Below, one piece after another: positions 7,030 to 10,931 of a DNA stretch of 10,931 nt. A program made the translations under genes and the position numbers. The DNA comes from Octopus sinensis (lineage: Eukaryota): contig NW_021827118.1 in the NCBI RefSeq assembly GCF_006345805.1, forward strand, positions 1 through 10,931. The letters are read 5' to 3'. Position 1 is the stretch's first letter. Each line of letters starts with the position of its first letter. The notes under the pieces were generated by a model. It made no database searches, was not told the DNA's origin, and saw nothing but the letters and a program-made list of their open reading frames with translations.

Positions 7030-8340
7030 GATAGTATTAATATATTAGCATATATATAAGACTAGTCATTTTGGGATCATATTGAGATTATGGTATAGAA
7101 ATCTTACACATTATGGATGGCTTCCGCTAATCTTAGAAAAGACCTACCTAACAGACATATTTAGAGAGCATGACCTGAAAATCACAATGTACATCAACTT
7201 AAGAACAGCTAATTTCCTAGATGCCACGTTAGATCTGATCTCAAATAAATACTGTTTATGCAGAAAAACAAAATGATCATACAATATATATATATATATA
7301 TATAATGTGATCAAATGAATCTCTTGATATATAAAATATAATACTAAGTTGGAGAATATTCATCCTATCCCCTGATAGTGATATTTTCAGCCATGTTGTT
7401 CCCTCCATTATAATGCTGTTGAAAGAGGTTTTAACTACGATATATTTTATAAGTCCTCGCAAAATAGCAAGTTCGGCAGTAGGAATATTGCATGTTTCAA
7501 ACTACCATTTAATAAGAGTGGAAATCTAATAAAGTTAAAACATTCTTCTCGCCATTTTCAAGTCATGCATGGATTTAATATTCTTTTTAAGCTTAACAAT
7601 ATGAAAAGTAGCAATTGCTGTTTAGATAACAACGCCCCAAAAATTACACAACACTCCCGAAAACACATAACGAACCAGTTCTTATCAGATCTCCTCTGCA
7701 GCCAAGCAACCAACTTGAAATTTTAAATACGTCTAGACCTGCCCATTAGATTTGTCATACATTCTTAAGGCAGTGGTATTTAGAAAATTACTATAACAAC
7801 AAAGGATGTGTCCAAAGGAATCTTACTGGAATCGCAAAGCACACATTTAAAAGTAGATTCAATCATTACAGTTTCTTTTTTCGATCCAGAAGTTAAAGTA
7901 ACGCCAGCGTCGTCTGCAAACTGAAGGTTAACGGAGTGGAAACATCCCATTAGCTTAGAGTATCCTAGATACAGCACCTCTGTGTATCAATTTGCTAAAA
8001 CTATGTTATGTCTAAAGAAGAAATTTTACCTCTTAACCCAACATCTACATTCACTGAATCGAAGGAATGAAATTTTGAGCTATTGCAAACGGGAAAATAT
8101 TTTTGCTAATACAGTTTAAATCACAAGTAGACTTACTGCCATTTGAGTTACGATGAGAACAACTTCATTTTCATTGAACCGTACACAAAGTTTCAATCAC
8201 TTAACCTCAGCCCACAGTGTCAAGGAGCTCATTACCGAAACTCTGTTAACCAATGAGATATTCAAGAAATACTAACACTTCTATCTACCATCTTGTTACC
8301 CTGCATTCACACTTAGAAATATTGAATAGACTGATTTACT
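7030..8340 (+). mobile_element. Second, heavily decayed Penelope-like retroelement (RT C-half plus GIY-YIG), different clade (Hydra-like); boundaries approximate
   Basis: Translated across frameshifts: LTDIFREHDLKIT..NLRTANFLDATLDL (NFLDATLDL 7211-7237); RIFILSPDSDIF; GFNYDIFY...RNIACFKLPFNKS (7481-7519, cf. RNIIWFNPPF); *NFKYV*TCPLD (7716-7751); TGIAKHTFKSRFNHY (7825-7869); LCLKKKFYLL...LNRRNEILSYCKREN, stop 8117-8119. Confidence 0.85.
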
Positions 8341-8404
8341 ACACACAATAGCAAATACATTCCAAACATTACGTGTCATGTGATGAATAAGACTCTGTTA
8401 TATG

Positions 8405-8451
8405 CACACACAAACACACACAAACACACACACACACATATACACACACAC
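8405..8451. repeat. Interrupted (CA)n microsatellite
   Basis: cacacacaaacacacacaaacacaca... Confidence 0.95.
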
Positions 8452-8611
8452 TCCTCTAAATGTTATATCTCACATCAACAATGTCTGTTAATCTTAATAT
8501 CAGATTATTAAGCTTCACAGTTGGTTTTCATACAGTAAATGTGTGTATATGTGCATGTATAGAGAATTCACCAGTGTTTGGGATTGAGAAAACGTGACAG
8601 AATTCTTTGAA

Positions 8612-8812
8612 TGTAAGTCTGTATGAATGTATGTCTGTATGTGTATATGCATATGTTTGCATATACATGTGTACGTATGTCTGTGTCTGTATAAACACGA
8701 CCCCACCTCCCCTAATATTTGCTTCGTCTCTGAGATATTGTGTTAGAAAAGTACACACACCAATGCAGACACACACACGTACGAGCATACATCCATGTGT
8801 ATAAATACAAGT
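8612..8812. repeat. Degenerate TG/TATG and CA low-complexity patches
   Basis: gtatgtctgtatgtgtatatgc... and acacacaccaatgcagacacacacacg. Confidence 0.7.
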
Positions 8813-9749
8813 GTGGGGGGGGGGATTTTATTAGGTATTTCCTTTAATGTCTAGTAATATGGGTTGTATTGTTCCCAGTATATTTAAATGTATGTCTCTA
8901 CACGTATCTAAATAAGCCCTATTGTCTGTGAAACATTTATGACTGTTTACAATATGAAACATTTTGCATTATTCATTTGTATATAGAAAAATTGCATCAT
9001 TAATTCTATTATAGAATTAGAATATTTATTAGCCCCTATTCTCGGTAGATATACTACTTAAAATATGATAAATATTAAGAGTTATTTACACGAGAGAATT
9101 CCAAAATATAGATTTTCATCTTTATTTTTTTATGTATATCATACGAAATTTTCGTCACTTCAGTTTATCATAAAAACAGTATCTCTGTCGCCACGTCTGG
9201 ATTTTTGTCTTTTTTTTTTTTTGCGTTGATCTGACTAGTTTGAAGAGCAACAACTTGTTTAAAATTTCTCTTTTCCATCCACCTGATGGAAAGAGAAAAA
9301 TTGTGCTGAATGTTAAAAGATAGTATAAAAATATTTTGCTTAACAGTTAGTAATACAAACAGTTATTGTTCATCATTTAAACATATTTAAGCAGCTACGC
9401 ATATAAATAGCTGTATTGTCTACGAAATATTGAGCCTACTATATGAATATTTCATGTATCCAACATTGCAACGTTAATTATATTAATCCACATGCAGCTA
9501 ATCAGTTAATCTATTCATAGAATTGTGGTTGTAGCTGACTATTAGGCGATAATATTTCAGTTATTTTTCCAATTTCATGTTTTTGCTTCCACATCTCCTC
9601 GCAAGTAAAATTTTTCTTTCCTTTCCTTTTTCTTTTCCTTGACACTTTTACAGAGAAATATTTTTGTTGTAGCACGGAAAGTTCATTATCCTAATAATAA
9701 ATATATGCAATGGTTTTATTTTCCTTTCTTCATCATTATCATCATCAGC

Positions 9750-9767
9750 ATTATTATTATTATTATT
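9750..9767. repeat. (TTA)n microsatellite, left flank of the 536-bp element
   Basis: attattattattattatt. Confidence 0.95.
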
Positions 9768-10303
9768 GAGTGAGAGAGTAGTGCATACCATCAAAGTGAC
9801 ACTGGGGTAAAATATACAAAGCCCCCAATATACCCATCATGACTACCCGTCTGATAAGGGTACACCAGGCGCATGCATCATATGTGCGTGACATGGTGAT
9901 CTCATATCAAGATTAACAACGCATGACTTTGTAGGTGAGGCCCAGTTAGAATTTTCTTCAGGTCGAGTAGCCCATCCCGCTCAAAATGTCCCTGAATAAT
10001 AGGTTTAAGGGTGTTGAACGAAACACCCATGTTCCCAGAGGTGAACTATTCAAACCCAAAAGACTCCCTCTCAACACATGGCTATGATGCTCCCCCACTA
10101 CTTCTGTTCGTGATCAGAGGTGCACATATTGCCAGAGAATGTTCGGCTAAGGTCAAACAATCGACAAGAAACCTGTAATATTGAGCAGAATATTTGCTGT
10201 AGCCCATCTTTTATACCAAGACTAGACAATGTACATGATAGCACTTCCAATCAATTAAGATGAGAAGCCATGAGAGCCACTGCCTGGTACTGCATCAGAG
10301 CAT
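9768..10303 (-). mobile_element. ~536-bp non-coding interspersed element bracketed by (TTA)n; probably read on the - strand with an (AAT)n tail
   Basis: Sharp change to higher-GC complex sequence between two TTA runs. No long ORF in the track and no clear pol III A/B box at either end. Resembles an abundant octopus repeat (recall only). Strand is inferred. Confidence 0.6.
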
Positions 10304-10323
10304 TTATTATTATTATTATTATT
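10304..10323. repeat. (TTA)n = (AAT)n tail/target of the LINE
   Basis: ttattattattattattatt. Confidence 0.95.
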
Positions 10324-10931
10324 CAGTAGTTTTATTTTTATAGCGTGCTTTCACTTCACTACCGAGCGCAGCTCTGTGTGCCTTGGGTATGTGCTGTGAT
10401 TTGTTGTAATGATCTGATGGTTATTGTATGGAAAGTGTTCTGCGTAGGATGTGTGCAGTGCCTAGTAGTGCAATTTTCTGTATGTTATATGTGTTTGTAA
10501 GTCCTGGTGTTTTTGTTATGTATTTGTCTGAATATTTTTTTATCATGCCTGATGCACCTACTATGATAGGAATTGTTTCTGTTTTCAGATTCCACATTCT
10601 AGTTACCTCTATTTCCAGGTCTTTGTATTTTGAGAGTTTTCTTCTCCATTTCTTTTAGAGACACGTTGTCATCAGCCGGTATTGATACATCAATTAGAAA
10701 GCATTTTTTTTCTTCATGGTCTCTGACAACTATATCTGGTCTGTTGGCCTTCATTTCTCTATCTGTGTGTATCGGCATATCCCAGAGTATGGTTGCTTTC
10801 TCGTTTTCTGTGACCTTTTCTGGTGTGTGCCTATACCATCTTTTTTTCTGTTGTTATTCCATAATGTTGGCATAGCTTCCAATGTATGTAGGTTCCAACT
10901 CTGTCATGTCTGTGAATATATTCCTTCTTAG
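10324..10931 (-). mobile_element. 3' end of an RLE-type non-LTR retrotransposon (R4/Dong clade-like), running off the window edge
   Basis: Minus strand: KKEYIHRHDRVGTYIHWKLCQHY...WYRHTPEKVTENEKATILWDMPIHTDREMKANRPD (RPD 10734-10742) IVV...KCFLIDVSIP (10677-10694) ADDNVSLKEMEK/LSKYKDL (10616-10630) EIEVTRMWNLKTETIPIIVGASG...QKIALLGTAHILRRTLSIQ* (stop 10421-10423). Frameshifts at the T7 run 10841-10847 and a 4-nt insert near 10640. ~100-nt 3' UTR then (AAT)n. Confidence 0.92.

Noticed and set aside
8560-8618. AG...GTAAGT candidate small exon
   Set aside because: All three frames contain stops.
10428-10931. Plus-strand ORFs 10428-10658, 10630-10875 and 10716-10931
   Set aside because: Antisense shadows of the minus-strand LINE endonuclease region.
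1-10931. CRISPR array, prokaryotic operon or defence system
   Set aside because: No regularly spaced repeat-spacer array and no gene-dense coding; the sequence is eukaryotic repeat DNA.

Overview
Repeat-dense, AT-rich eukaryotic DNA with no supportable host-gene exon. The SINE types and microsatellite load suggest an invertebrate, most likely an octopus or other cephalopod (inference). The window holds many microsatellites and six tRNA-derived SINE copies or fragments from about three families. One SINE is nested inside another with a 15-bp target-site duplication. There is also a decayed hAT (Buster/Charlie-like) transposon end and two decayed Penelope-like retroelements of apparently different clades, lying head-to-tail on the + strand. 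A solo Penelope terminal fragment carries a degenerate minimal hammerhead-ribozyme fold. At the right edge is the 3' end of an R4/Dong-type non-LTR retrotransposon (RLE endonuclease, - strand), next to a ~536-bp non-coding element bracketed by (TTA)n. Most ORFs in the supplied track are microsatellite artefacts. The only real coding signal is pseudogenised transposon sequence. All alignments and translations were done by eye.
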